The notes: generated by a model from the letters alone, not told the origin. Counted from the stretch's first letter, positions 10,527 to 20,351 are shown. The stretch is DNA of 53,199 bases from a virus (IMGVR_UViG_3300030116_000231:1-53199); one strand, 5' to 3'. Translations and numbers: made by a program.

Positions 10527-11879
10527 CTATGCCATAATGCCTTTAGGAGCATTATTTGTGTTTAAGCCTGCTGTTTTTGTGATGTTGCTAGCCATCTCAT
10601 TTGTCTTGTTGATAGCATCTTGCTCGTCATCAGTGGTTTGTCTTTCAGTATCAAAGCCAGCAAACAAGTCAGAAATGTTCTTAGCTGCGGTAGACGATCT
10701 TGCCAGTGCTGCTTCTTCGGCAGTTCGAACGTCATCAGTAAGTCCAGCCAGTGCGTTTGTATAGCTTGCATAGGTAGATGCGTTAGGAATCGCAGACAGT
10801 CCTGCCTGTGTAGTTTTGTTCTGAGCAGTCAGACCTTGTTGGAAACCTTGGTCGTAGCTAGAGCTAACATTCCTAGCAGCATCAAGCTGCATACGCCGTC
10901 TTTCAGCAGGGCTAAGTTCTCTGCCACTGGCAAGAGCGTACTTACGTTCCTGCTCACGCAGCTTTCTTTGGCTGTCGATAGCTGCTTTGTTTGCTGCTTG
11001 GAAAGCCATATACACAGGGTTGTATTGGTCAGCTTGTCTGAGATATTGCTCAGCTGCGTCCATCTGTGCGTTAAATGCTGCTTCGTCTTTTTCTTTCAGT
11101 ATAGCAAGTTCTTCTTTACGCAACTCAATAAGTTCTGCTTGCTCTGGTGACATCTCTGGATCTGGAGCTAGTGCAGCACCTACAAGTTGTGCACCCGCTT
11201 GGATAGTGATAGAAGCCAGATTCTCAGGGTTTGTAACCGCACCGACTACTGCTGAGCCTGCTGCTTTTGCACCCGCCACGAGTTTAGCACCTAGAGATTG
11301 TGTCGTTGCGTCAACTACTGCTTGTCCACCTGTTGCTACACCTTGTGCACCGCCTAGTGATGCGTTTTGTATAGCTGCATCTGCTAGTGTATTACTACTT
11401 GCAACTGCTGGGGTTACGGTAGCGCCACCAAGTGTTGACGCATCCGCTGCCACTGGGGTGGTGGTAGTAGTAGTGCCGCCGCTAAGCGCTGCATCTGCCG
11501 CCACTGGTTCAGTCGCTGCTGCCGCTGCTTTTGTAGCTGCACTATAACCACCGATACCGCCGCCGATAGCACCCATGAGTGCGCCTGTCTTAACATCTCC
11601 GCCTGTAACTTTGGCTGATACCGCTCCGAGTCCTGCGCCTACAATGGCAGAACCTGCAACAGAAGCTACTGTAGTGCTTGCACCCGCAGCAGCGATAGCG
11701 CCCGAAAGACCTACAGCTGAGGCAATAGCAGGGGCAGCGACTGGGATAACTACAGCAACCACGACTGCGGCAAGTTTTTTCAGACCGCCGCCGTGATAAG
11801 TAGGGTTAATTGGTGTGATGGGAGTTGTGCTAGTAGGACTAACCGAAACCACCACCGGATTTATTTTGATAGTTGTCAT
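10527..11879 (-). CDS. Ala/Gly-rich ejection (pilot-like) protein
   Basis: GGAGGT RBS before ATG 11879 (MTTIKINP); hydrophobic Gly/Ala segments; lies between the GNAT and SLT genes. Confidence 0.7.
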   Translation of the reverse strand: MTTIKINPVVVSVSPTSTTPITPINPTYHGGGLKKLAAVVVAVVIPVAAPAIASAVGLSGAIAAAGASTTVASVAGSAIVGAGLGAVSAKVTGGDVKTGALMGAIGGGIGGYSAATKAAAAATEPVAADAALSGGTTTTTTPVAADASTLGGATVTPAVASSNTLADAAIQNASLGGAQGVATGGQAVVDATTQSLGAKLVAGAKAAGSAVVGAVTNPENLASITIQAGAQLVGAALAPDPEMSPEQAELIELRKEELAILKEKDEAAFNAQMDAAEQYLRQADQYNPVYMAFQAANKAAIDSQRKLREQERKYALASGRELSPAERRRMQLDAARNVSSSYDQGFQQGLTAQNKTTQAGLSAIPNASTYASYTNALAGLTDDVRTAEEAALARSSTAAKNISDLFAGFDTERQTTDDEQDAINKTNEMASNITKTAGLNTNNAPKGIMA

Positions 11880-11880
11880 T

Positions 11881-12381
11881 TTAGACCTCCGATAATTTCT
11901 GTTGAAGCTGGACATATTTACGTTCAAACCCAGTAGCTTTCGTAAGAATCCGCTCCATCGCTGGTGCTACTGAACACTCCATCCGCGTAACGCCGCAGAG
12001 TCGCGCCCACCCAAGTATGTGATCCCAATGGTCTTTGATAGAGTGTCTTAGGTCTCTACCGCCCATAGCGACAACATTCATAGCCGTATACTGTGGGTAG
12101 TATACTAGCTGTAAAACAAGAATAATTTTAACATCTGGTATCTCTGTCTCGTCGTTTTTTACGGCGATTAAAAACATTTGGCCTTGCAGTACCTGAGTAT
12201 AAATATCATCAAGAGTAGCTTCACCGTGCATACCCTCTAGACATTTTTCTAAATGTGGTACTGACTGCGCCCAATACCTGTCGATCATTTCTTTAGTAGA
12301 CAGCACAATAGCCTGATAACTTCTATCTACAGGAGCCTCAGGCTTATCTTTTATATACTCGTCTACTACTTGCAGGGTCAT
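11881..12381 (-). CDS. GNAT-like acyltransferase (position analogous to T7 gp13)
   Basis: 166 aa; C-terminal WARLCGVTRMECSVAPAMERILTKATGF pattern; directly upstream of the ejection proteins. Confidence 0.6.
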   Translation of the reverse strand: MTLQVVDEYIKDKPEAPVDRSYQAIVLSTKEMIDRYWAQSVPHLEKCLEGMHGEATLDDIYTQVLQGQMFLIAVKNDETEIPDVKIILVLQLVYYPQYTAMNVVAMGGRDLRHSIKDHWDHILGWARLCGVTRMECSVAPAMERILTKATGFERKYVQLQQKLSEV

Positions 12382-13301
12382 GCCTTGTCCTTACCGATTA
12401 GTTTGTCAAAGAACTCTGTGCCCTTAGCCCTAACAATATGTTCAGGGATGACGTACTCACCGCCTTCAGCCTCAATCATACCGCCACCCTTCATTTTAAT
12501 AGGGATGCCACCTTGCTCGTGAGACGGCCCTTTTAGCAGACCGCCGAGTTTCATCTCTGGTACCTGACCTGGGGCAGCTGGTGCAGTAGGCTGCATAGGT
12601 GCAACATTACCGACCTCTGGGTTCATCTGAACACTTTCAATTTGCACATCTGCCTGCATAGCTTTACCTGCAGTAACAAACGCAATAACCAAACCTTCGT
12701 CGTATTGCTCTGGCAAATCAGTTGGAGCAGCAAGTCCACGGTCAATAGCAAACTGTCTAAGCTGTGGATACATCTGTGGATTCTGTAGAGCTACTTGTGC
12801 TAACTGTACAGCCATGTTAATTTCCTGCTGTGAAAGTTCTCCTGACTGTATCCCTGCTTCGATAGCAGCACGAATACGCGCAACTACATCAGGGTTCTTA
12901 GCCATCATGTCATTGATCTGCATATCCGCCATTTGTGGGTTCATAGGCGCAGGGGCTTGCCCCATCTGCATACCAGCGGTAGGAATCATGCCGCCCTGTT
13001 GATAACTATTTTGTCTATCACGAAAATCGTCAAGTACTGGAATTTGTCCGCCCATAGCCATTGACATAGGCTGACTACGAAAGTCCAAGACAGGTGTCTG
13101 TGGATTAGTTCGTCCTACGCCTGTGGGCATATTACCGATTGCTTGTTGGTCAACACCTGCTACAGGTTGGTTAAGTAAAGTTTGGATACTGGGGGGTAGA
13201 TCCATAGATACAGTATTGGGTATTGCCTGTCTGTTTGCGCCAGCGGGACTGACAGTAGGATTCTGTGCCATCGCTGGAGTTTGTGTTGGGTTCATAGCCA
13301 T
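12378..13301 (-). CDS. Gln/Met/Pro-rich putative virion protein with four [YM]xxGG motifs and a C-terminal GPSHEQGGI...EAEGGEYVIP module
   Basis: Coupled to neighbouring genes; C-terminal module resembles one seen in phage tape-measure/virion proteins. Confidence 0.6.
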   Translation of the reverse strand: MAMNPTQTPAMAQNPTVSPAGANRQAIPNTVSMDLPPSIQTLLNQPVAGVDQQAIGNMPTGVGRTNPQTPVLDFRSQPMSMAMGGQIPVLDDFRDRQNSYQQGGMIPTAGMQMGQAPAPMNPQMADMQINDMMAKNPDVVARIRAAIEAGIQSGELSQQEINMAVQLAQVALQNPQMYPQLRQFAIDRGLAAPTDLPEQYDEGLVIAFVTAGKAMQADVQIESVQMNPEVGNVAPMQPTAPAAPGQVPEMKLGGLLKGPSHEQGGIPIKMKGGGMIEAEGGEYVIPEHIVRAKGTEFFDKLIGKDKA

Positions 13302-13307
13302 GTCACA

Positions 13308-13655
13308 TCATCCTCTTAGCTGTTTAATTAGTAGGTTTAGTACAGTTCTGGTCTGAGCCAAATCATTTGCTAAAGTCTGTACGTCATTTAATAGCAGACC
13401 ATAGTCATCTAGTCCAGCAACCTCTTGACCACTGATTGTAAAGCCTGAGCCTTTAGCAGACACTTGCTTCATATTTTGCAGGGGTTGTTCAAGTAAAGTT
13501 ATTTCGCCTTTTGTAACGGCTTTGCTAGCTAGATCAGCTTCACCTCTTAGCCCTGTAAGAAGCTCAACATTCTCTTTAACAGATGTAATAAGTACACTTT
13601 GCCAGTCTGTTATGCCGCCTTGTGGTACGGCTGGTATAGCTGTAAACCTTGCCAT
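13308..13655 (-). CDS. Small tail-associated protein (coiled-coil C-terminus)
   Basis: 115 aa, TAATG-coupled to the nozzle gene. Confidence 0.55.
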   Translation of the reverse strand: MARFTAIPAVPQGGITDWQSVLITSVKENVELLTGLRGEADLASKAVTKGEITLLEQPLQNMKQVSAKGSGFTISGQEVAGLDDYGLLLNDVQTLANDLAQTRTVLNLLIKQLRG

Positions 13656-16027
13656 TACGATGTCCTCAGTCCAAACGGTGTCTCGCCAAAGTGTATAGCT
13701 CTAACACGGGATGAACCTGACACCGCTACCTCAAAGGTATCCGATCTGTAGCCAGTAGGCAATCTAAATATCTCGTCATCTGATATAGAACCTTGAAACA
13801 CAAGCTGTTTATCTACAAAAAGTTTAAACGTAATAGGCTGAATACCTGTGTTTAGCTTTGTGTATCTAGTTTGTGGATCGCCATTTAGAGTAAACCCGTT
13901 GATTGTACCGTCGTTTATATATGTAATACCGCCTGAAATGTAGTTTGTTGGCCCGTTCAGGGTACCAATCTGCTGACTCCTAGCCCAGATAGCTGTGTTA
14001 AACACAGGCACACCGTTATTATACGCAATGATGTTAAGTGTTTCTTGGCTGCTAGTCTCAAAGTCAGCTACAACTCTAGCTGCGCCCAGATTTAGATAGT
14101 CTTTGGTGACAATAGTCTTAGACTTCCACTCCATAGGCGATAGCGTTTGGCCTTCATTATCCCATTCGTTGATGTCTCCGCTAGACCCTAGGGTATAGTA
14201 CATTGTACCAGTTTGCGGATCTGAATACGCAGCGCTAAACCGATACTGAATCTGTACAAAATATCCGCCTACTTTATCATCACGCTCAAAAATAAACGAG
14301 CCTGTACTATGCGAGCCAAAATACTTACCATCATAGTAATGGCCAACAATAGTCGTAGGATCTAAAGCAGAGTTCCAAGTATCCCAGTCGTGGACAAACT
14401 TAGTAATTAAGTCGATGCCAGTGGTAGGACTCCATGAAGCTAGCCCACCATGTGTAGACCATACAACGCCATAGCCCATATTTATAACAGAGCGTTTTGA
14501 GAAACAGGGGTAAAGTGTATCAATACGCGCTGACACCATTGTCGCTGGATCGTTGCCTGACACCTGAAATGGATACTCTTCTGTGAGAACAAGTATATAT
14601 CCAGATACAGCTTGGATTGCGACAATATCAGAATCAAAAGTTAGCCTGTATTTTTCAGGCCACGCATGTGGTTTATCAGGGAATGAAAAACAAAGCTGGT
14701 TACCAAAGAACCCTACAAGAATGTTATTATGTGCAGTAATTAGCCCCTGCATAGTAGCGGGGGGCGGGTCATAATCCTCTGACGGTAGTATTGTACTAAG
14801 CCCAGTTACTAGGAAATCATCTGTGAAATCGTAGCTGCCGTCCCCCCAGTACCTAGCAGTACTATCTACAAACTCAGATACATCATGAAATAGAGTTCCT
14901 GCAGCAACAGCTGTTGATCCTACATCACTAGCAGTCTGTGCGTACTTAAACTTATAGTCATTAACAACTTCAGTAACTACACCGCCTGTAATGTCAAAGC
15001 TAGAGTTTGTACAACCGCTGATCTTAAATCTATCCCCTACAATAAAGTTATGTGGGTGTAGAAGCGTTACAGTAGATACGTTACTAGTGCGTTCTACTGT
15101 AGATACAGTTGTGGGAAACCAAAGAGTAGCCAGTAAAAAATAATCCGTGACGGACGCAGAAGCTACGCTTCTATACAGTCTAACGCCACGGATAAAGTTG
15201 TCCCCGCTTGGTGCGGACTGTGGCAGGGATGAGACAGTTACAATTTGACCTTCTTTGATGTAAAGTTCATTGGATACAGTAGACGGGATAGACTCTTCGT
15301 CCCAAGGGGTAACCCATGAATATAAATATGTTCTGATCTGTGTGTTGCCCGCTAGATCAGCACGACCTGAAGTGTTAGATGTTTTACTTACTTGGTCGCC
15401 AGAACTAAAATATTGAAAGTTGTTATCAGTTGTTACTGTGATCTCAACATTTTTAGCGTTAAAAGATTTGGCTTCATCGGAAGTACCGAAGTCACGGACA
15501 GTTACGATATTACCTGTGCGTAAATTGTGGGCAGTGCTACCGTAGTAAGTAGCTGTATTACCGGAATCACGCTCGTAGTGCGTAGAATTTACCACGGTAA
15601 ACGAAGCTGCAGACGCAGACAAAGTTGTAGTTGGTAGCGGCAAACCTAAATCATAATACCCATTAGCCACGGGGTATGGCTCAGAACCGCTAGTTGCTAG
15701 GGCGTAATCAGATACTTTAGGTGCGCCATCACCTGAATAATAAAACCGCTGAGCGTTATCAGCGCTGTCAGATGCAACAGCAATGTCTACATCAGTAGTC
15801 CAAGACAGCCATACAAGAGCATCTGTGGAAGGATCACGCAAAGCATGTAAAGTTTTAGCTTCTTGGCTGCGCTCAGTTGCGTCAACTAGTTTAGGCGTTC
15901 GGTAAGGTATCAAGTCACCGGAGTAAAGTTTTACATTAAAAGCTTCTTGAGCCACGCCGTCAGGCAGTAGCTCAGATGAAATCTTAGGTGCTTCACCTAG
16001 AAACTTTATAAGCTTTACTGATGCCAT
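13655..16027 (-). CDS. Tail nozzle / tail tubular protein B-like (P22 gp10-like)
   Basis: 790 aa, beta-rich; GNQLCFSFPDKPHAWP and CFSKRSVINMGYGVVWSTHGGL motifs; position in the operon. Confidence 0.7.
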   Translation of the reverse strand: MASVKLIKFLGEAPKISSELLPDGVAQEAFNVKLYSGDLIPYRTPKLVDATERSQEAKTLHALRDPSTDALVWLSWTTDVDIAVASDSADNAQRFYYSGDGAPKVSDYALATSGSEPYPVANGYYDLGLPLPTTTLSASAASFTVVNSTHYERDSGNTATYYGSTAHNLRTGNIVTVRDFGTSDEAKSFNAKNVEITVTTDNNFQYFSSGDQVSKTSNTSGRADLAGNTQIRTYLYSWVTPWDEESIPSTVSNELYIKEGQIVTVSSLPQSAPSGDNFIRGVRLYRSVASASVTDYFLLATLWFPTTVSTVERTSNVSTVTLLHPHNFIVGDRFKISGCTNSSFDITGGVVTEVVNDYKFKYAQTASDVGSTAVAAGTLFHDVSEFVDSTARYWGDGSYDFTDDFLVTGLSTILPSEDYDPPPATMQGLITAHNNILVGFFGNQLCFSFPDKPHAWPEKYRLTFDSDIVAIQAVSGYILVLTEEYPFQVSGNDPATMVSARIDTLYPCFSKRSVINMGYGVVWSTHGGLASWSPTTGIDLITKFVHDWDTWNSALDPTTIVGHYYDGKYFGSHSTGSFIFERDDKVGGYFVQIQYRFSAAYSDPQTGTMYYTLGSSGDINEWDNEGQTLSPMEWKSKTIVTKDYLNLGAARVVADFETSSQETLNIIAYNNGVPVFNTAIWARSQQIGTLNGPTNYISGGITYINDGTINGFTLNGDPQTRYTKLNTGIQPITFKLFVDKQLVFQGSISDDEIFRLPTGYRSDTFEVAVSGSSRVRAIHFGETPFGLRTS

Positions 16028-16539
16028 TACTGTATCATTCCTAGAGCCGCCTCACATGTCTCTTCGTTTCTACGAGTCCAGCCTTTTCCGAAAGTGTCAA
16101 ACGTAGATAAAGACTCATAAAAATCTTGCCTTACTTTCCTGTAATTTTCAATAGTTTTCTCTAGACCGTGGTGCTCAATATACTCGTCAAGTGTGCGTAA
16201 AGTATTGGGGCCAATGCCTCCATCTGCTTCTGTACCAATCATAGCCTGCAGCTTTTTAGCAGCTCTACCAACCCCAGAATTAACGCTCCAATCAAAAACG
16301 GCGAGGTCAAGACCCGCAGGAAGATGCTGGCATTTTGCTCTCAGCCAGTAGTTTTTCTCATACAACGGAGCAACATCTTCTGGTGTAAGCTCCTTCATGT
16401 CTTTGGTACCGCCCCACTCTTCCCATACACGCTTGGTTACACCGAGATTAGTTTCACCACCTGGATCTCGCGGATGATTTACCCAGCCTCCTTCATGATG
16501 TAAGATTAGTGTTAAACATTTTTTAAAGTTCTCTTGCAT
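16027..16539 (-). CDS. Endolysin, glycoside hydrolase family 108 with peptidoglycan-binding C-terminus
   Basis: HEGGWVNHPRDPGGETNLGVT, DGGIGPNT and FGKGWTRR motifs. Confidence 0.92.
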   Translation of the reverse strand: MQENFKKCLTLILHHEGGWVNHPRDPGGETNLGVTKRVWEEWGGTKDMKELTPEDVAPLYEKNYWLRAKCQHLPAGLDLAVFDWSVNSGVGRAAKKLQAMIGTEADGGIGPNTLRTLDEYIEHHGLEKTIENYRKVRQDFYESLSTFDTFGKGWTRRNEETCEAALGMIQ

Positions 16540-16630
16540 GTCGCTTCCTCTCTAAGTGCAGTCTCCAGCAGTTAACAATAGTGTTGAGGCTTACCGCCGA
16601 AAACAACATTATCCACTGCCACATCTCCAT
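16523..16630 (-). CDS. 35-aa hydrophobic peptide (MEMWQWIMLFSAVSLNTIVNCWRLHLERKRHAREL), not in the ORF track
   Basis: Fills the gap between holin and endolysin; GAGG upstream. Confidence 0.5.
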   Translation of the reverse strand: MEMWQWIMLFSAVSLNTIVNCWRLHLERKRHAREL

Positions 16631-16633
16631 CCC

Positions 16634-17017
16634 TTACCTCTTAAAAAACTTAGTTGCTGACCTTACGGCGAAGCTACTTGCCACGATTACTCCTAAGGTA
16701 TATTGATACCACTCCGGCATGGTCTCCAAAGCAGCAAAGCCTGCGGCTACTGTTTCTCGCCCCCACTCCCCTGTGAAACAGAGGATGAGTGGAATACTAA
16801 AGAGCAGAACCAAATATTCGTCCTTCCAAGAGTTCTGGGTTCCTTGCGCCATGATGCGCTCCCAGTCCGCTACGGACGTTTTCTCAGACAACATAACCTT
16901 TGCTTTGGCTTCTGCTTCTGTAAGTTTTAGTTTAGCTTCTGCTGCTTTCCCAGCTGTCTTAGCTTCTAACCAGCTGCTTGCTAACCCTGCTACAGGGCCG
17001 ATAAATGCTTGAAACAT
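16634..17017 (-). CDS. Holin (3TM GTA-holin-like)
   Basis: Start MFQAFIGP; SWKDEYLVLLFSIPLIL...PEWYQYTLGVIVASSFAVR; next to the endolysin. Confidence 0.75.
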   Translation of the reverse strand: MFQAFIGPVAGLASSWLEAKTAGKAAEAKLKLTEAEAKAKVMLSEKTSVADWERIMAQGTQNSWKDEYLVLLFSIPLILCFTGEWGRETVAAGFAALETMPEWYQYTLGVIVASSFAVRSATKFFKR

Positions 17018-17247
17018 TAGTACACCTTTACGCTTCCTTCCTGTATATGCCTTGGCTCGCAATAAGCCGTAGCCTTTAGTTCTGCTGGTACATGGTCTCT
17101 ATACTTATAGTTTCCATACCGTTTTGTCACCTGTGCTGCATACCAGTTGCAGTCTGTAATCGAGTAAAAATACATATCTCCACTCACTAACTTTTTATCA
17201 TCTCCTTGTCCAATGTAAAGTAATAACAAAAAAACATGTATCATCAA
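17017..17247 (-). CDS. Small secreted/membrane protein with 2 Cys
   Basis: 76 aa, hydrophobic N-terminus, translationally coupled. Confidence 0.6.
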   Translation of the reverse strand: MMIHVFLLLLYIGQGDDKKLVSGDMYFYSITDCNWYAAQVTKRYGNYKYRDHVPAELKATAYCEPRHIQEGSVKVY

Positions 17248-17465
17248 TCCAGTAGCCGTGTGACAAACTGTTTGCCATCTGGGCCTACCTCTAGTTCTAT
17301 CTCGCGCTGCTCACAAGCATACCTAGTATTACGAGAATCTTTCCAACCAAGGCGTTCTATCTTACGTTTTTTACCCAAGCAGTCAGATATATTCTCATGG
17401 TGGCTATATTCTATAGCTTCACCACTTAGGTATAAAATTAACACTATGCTTATAATTCCACCCAT
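17244..17465 (-). CDS. Small secreted/membrane protein with 2 Cys
   Basis: 73 aa, hydrophobic N-terminus, translationally coupled. Confidence 0.6.
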   Translation of the reverse strand: MGGIISIVLILYLSGEAIEYSHHENISDCLGKKRKIERLGWKDSRNTRYACEQREIELEVGPDGKQFVTRLLD

Positions 17466-17863
17466 TACTGACCACCGTTTCTTAATTTTTCTATTTGTGC
17501 TTCTAGTCCTGCTATCCTTTTCTCGTAAAAGTCTAGTGTAAGTTTTTGCTGCTGGTCATGTGGTGCACGACCTTCATCTATCTGCGTAGCCAACTCATCA
17601 AGCTGCTGTGCTAGATGTTCGATCAACATAAACTGCTCGCTGTCAGCAGGCAGACTGCCCATCTCACCGCGAGGCCATTTGATTCTAAATTCTGTGTTAT
17701 GTTCCAGATCTGACTTCATCATAGTGATGTTAGTTTCTATCTGGTTAAGGCGTTCTATAATACCAAAGTAAGCCCAAGTGGCGACAGACGCAGCAACAAC
17801 CATCGAAATAATGTTTCGAAGGGGTAAAGCTACTTCTGTGTTTTCGTTGAGCTTAGCCGCCAT
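17465..17863 (-). CDS. Membrane-anchored coiled-coil protein (possible i-spanin-like)
   Basis: N-terminal TM segment followed by coiled coil; lysis block. Confidence 0.55.
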   Translation of the reverse strand: MAAKLNENTEVALPLRNIISMVVAASVATWAYFGIIERLNQIETNITMMKSDLEHNTEFRIKWPRGEMGSLPADSEQFMLIEHLAQQLDELATQIDEGRAPHDQQQKLTLDFYEKRIAGLEAQIEKLRNGGQ

Positions 17864-17870
17864 ACATTAC

Positions 17871-18074
17871 TCATTTCTTTTCAGAGCCTAACCAAACAGC
17901 AAATGCACCAGTCATAGCGCCGCTAACTACAGAAATCATTGCGCTTTGTTGAGTGGTTAAATCGTCGAGAGACATTCCCCATTCGATAACTCGTATATAC
18001 ATAAACGTCATAACCGCCATCATTAGCCTTGGCAGTATTTTCCAAGCTAAAATTTTTTCCATTGCTACGGCCAT
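17871..18074 (-). CDS. Two-TM holin-like protein
   Basis: Start MAVAMEK after AGGA; two hydrophobic helices and a basic C-terminus. Confidence 0.55.
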   Translation of the reverse strand: MAVAMEKILAWKILPRLMMAVMTFMYIRVIEWGMSLDDLTTQQSAMISVVSGAMTGAFAVWLGSEKK

Positions 18075-18514
18075 TTTACAATTCCTTTCAGCCAAAGTAT
18101 CCAATAGAAGAACCCTATTATGGTTGCTGCAAGTACAGCTACAGCTAATATAACTATTATAAGCTCTATAGTTTCTTTCCGCTTTTTCTCTGCAGCTATC
18201 TCAGCTTCACGCCTAGCTACTCTAGCGTCTTTCTGAAACTTTACCCAATCGCCCCATAGCCCTGGCCGTCCAGCATATATCATCCATTGTTTTAGTTCGT
18301 CTTCTTGCTCCTTTATCCGCTCTAAAGCCATGAACTCTTCAAAGTCCGTAGACTGATGGGCGGCTCTCTTTTTATTTACCTTACGCTGCAGATCTTCTTT
18401 AGCGTTAGTAATCTCACCTATTTTGGATGCGTAGGAACTTAGTTCACGACCATTGCTGATCGCCTGCTTTATTACCGAAAATGCGGCATTGGCGGCAGCT
18501 AGTTCGGCTAACAT
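18065..18514 (-). CDS. Coiled-coil protein with a C-terminal TM anchor
   Basis: 149 aa; MLAELAAANAAF start; hydrophobic tail. Confidence 0.65.
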   Translation of the reverse strand: MLAELAAANAAFSVIKQAISNGRELSSYASKIGEITNAKEDLQRKVNKKRAAHQSTDFEEFMALERIKEQEDELKQWMIYAGRPGLWGDWVKFQKDARVARREAEIAAEKKRKETIELIIVILAVAVLAATIIGFFYWILWLKGIVKWP

Positions 18515-18539
18515 CCATCATCCCCTACTCCTATCGGTT

Positions 18540-18692
18540 TTATTTGCCGTACACCGATTTCATACACTTTTTAGCAGTGCCGCACGCACGTTTAGTCTTA
18601 CAGCCTGGGCATGGTTTAAAAATTTTACCGCCGCTACCATAAGAAGCCATTGGCTTTTTCTTCTTATCTTTTTTCATTCCGTATCCTGGCAT
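18540..18692 (-). CDS. 50-aa Lys/Cys-rich peptide (MPGYGMKKDKKKKPMASYGSGGKIFKPCPGCKTKRACGTAKKCMKSVYGK), not in the ORF track
   Basis: GGAGG RBS; fills the intergenic gap; YGSGGKI motif and 4 Cys. Confidence 0.75.
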   Translation of the reverse strand: MPGYGMKKDKKKKPMASYGSGGKIFKPCPGCKTKRACGTAKKCMKSVYGK

Positions 18693-18693
18693 A

Positions 18694-18876
18694 TTAACCT
18701 CCTATCAAGATTGCGCTAAGTATGGACGCTAGTCCAACGATTATTGCACCTGCTGCAACAATTAGAATACGTTCAAGTCGATCAACCCTTGTGATAAATG
18801 TTTGGTAGCGCTCGGCGCAGACAGCTTCATGCGTGAGCAACTCTTGCTGTAACTCAGCTACTGTCATTTTCGGCAC
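18694..18876 (-). CDS. Small coiled-coil plus TM protein (XhlA/holin-like)
   Basis: HEAVCAERY...RVDRLE followed by a TM helix. Confidence 0.65.
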   Translation of the reverse strand: MPKMTVAELQQELLTHEAVCAERYQTFITRVDRLERILIVAAGAIIVGLASILSAILIGG

Positions 18877-19033
18877 TCATAGCCTCCAGTACTGCTTGGG
18901 TTTGATCTTCTACTTTTACCTCCGGTTCATCTGGTAACTCAGGTTCAACAACTAATACACACCCTTCCTCAACAGGATCTGCTGTCCTAGCAAACGAACC
19001 GTTAGGAAACATGTATAAAGGAACTCGTTTCAT
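18854..19033 (-). CDS. 59-aa acidic hypothetical protein (MKRVPLYMFPNGSF...), not in the ORF track
   Basis: ATGA overlap with the upstream stop; fills the gap. Confidence 0.6.
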   Translation of the reverse strand: MKRVPLYMFPNGSFARTADPVEEGCVLVVEPELPDEPEVKVEDQTQAVLEAMSAENDSS

Positions 19034-19311
19034 GTATTACCGTTCTGATCTATCATATTTTTGAAAGCCGTTTTTACTTCGTCTGTCCACGCTGCATTAC
19101 ACTGCGCTTGAACATCTTCAGGTTCCCCCGATATATCTGTATCTTGCCAAGTATTGTTAGGCTTAATGCAGGGAGTTAAGGTGTATCTTTGGTAAGTGCG
19201 AGACAGTTCTTGTCCGTCTTCAGTCACAGTAACAACTTGGCGCACATTCACACACTTACCGACACCTACAACTTCTATACGATCAACCTCAACTGTTTTC
19301 TCTAACGCCAT
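19030..19311 (-). CDS. Tail-fibre-associated small protein / chaperone
   Basis: GGAGG RBS; follows the fibre gene. Confidence 0.6.
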   Translation of the reverse strand: MALEKTVEVDRIEVVGVGKCVNVRQVVTVTEDGQELSRTYQRYTLTPCIKPNNTWQDTDISGEPEDVQAQCNAAWTDEVKTAFKNMIDQNGNT

Positions 19312-19321
19312 ACGACACCTC

Positions 19322-20347
19322 CTAAACCTTATAAAACACGGTAAAATCTATTCGTTTACTTGATGCGTTGCTGCATTTAAGCGTAGAGCCAGTTCCATAA
19401 TAAAACAGTACATTGTCAGCACCATTTTCAACAACGGGTCTTAAGTCGTTCTGATATGTACTTGCTAGATCACTATATCCCATAGATCCATTACCCGCGA
19501 AGTAACTACTTACAGTAGACGTAAACGGTAGTGTAAGGTTAAGCACGTTACCATTACTTGTTGATCCTACACTTACCGACGCAGACACATACACTAAGTC
19601 ACCTATCTTTACATAGTTACATCTGTTTGTGACCAAATTTGGCGCTTGGCCGTGACGTTCTTGTATAGTGTAAGTGCCTACTTCATAATCACTAAACTTA
19701 TTGGCATTACCTGTTCCGCCTATATAAAGCCCGCCACTTAACCAAAGGTTCCTAAATCGCTCCGATGCTCTACCAAAATCAACTTCGTCGTCAACCATAA
19801 CTCCTTCTTTTAAGGGAGAAATCTTAGGGTCGGTGCCGCCAGCCCCCCAAAACATAAGGCCACCGCCACCGCCTGCCATTGCAGAGATCATAACGTTATC
19901 GGAACTTGCCACTGCAACTTTAGCAACCTCAGTGCCGTTGTTTTTAAATGAAACAATATCACCATCATTTGAACGATCAAAAACAGCTGCTAGTTCGTTA
20001 GTGGTATCAAATGTCTGCGTACTAGTTATAGTACCGCCACCGGTCTGAGCAAACTCTTCGAACAGTGCAGCCACAGGACGAAGTTCAAAACGGTCACCAA
20101 TCGCAAATGAAGCTGCTGTCGTGCCGTCTTGTCCGCGAACTACAGTAAGAGAATCAGTAGAGCGTGCAGTTACTTTAACGATCTCTAGGTTGTTACTTGT
20201 GTCAACAAGTGTACCGTAAAAATAGTCATTAGCGCCGAGTGTAGGGAATCTAGCACCTTGGCCGCTGTCCAACGTGACCGTCGTAGCTGTCGTGTTTATC
20301 GCAGCTGAGAGCGTTCCGAACGCATTATTTGTAACTTTTACGCCCAT
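19322..20347 (-). CDS. Tail fibre / receptor-binding protein B
   Basis: N-terminal ~100 aa paralogous to the 22409-22912 protein; DYEVGTY-type fibre C-terminal domain. Confidence 0.75.
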   Translation of the reverse strand: MGVKVTNNAFGTLSAAINTTATTVTLDSGQGARFPTLGANDYFYGTLVDTSNNLEIVKVTARSTDSLTVVRGQDGTTAASFAIGDRFELRPVAALFEEFAQTGGGTITSTQTFDTTNELAAVFDRSNDGDIVSFKNNGTEVAKVAVASSDNVMISAMAGGGGGLMFWGAGGTDPKISPLKEGVMVDDEVDFGRASERFRNLWLSGGLYIGGTGNANKFSDYEVGTYTIQERHGQAPNLVTNRCNYVKIGDLVYVSASVSVGSTSNGNVLNLTLPFTSTVSSYFAGNGSMGYSDLASTYQNDLRPVVENGADNVLFYYGTGSTLKCSNASSKRIDFTVFYKV

Positions 20348-20351
20348 AGAA

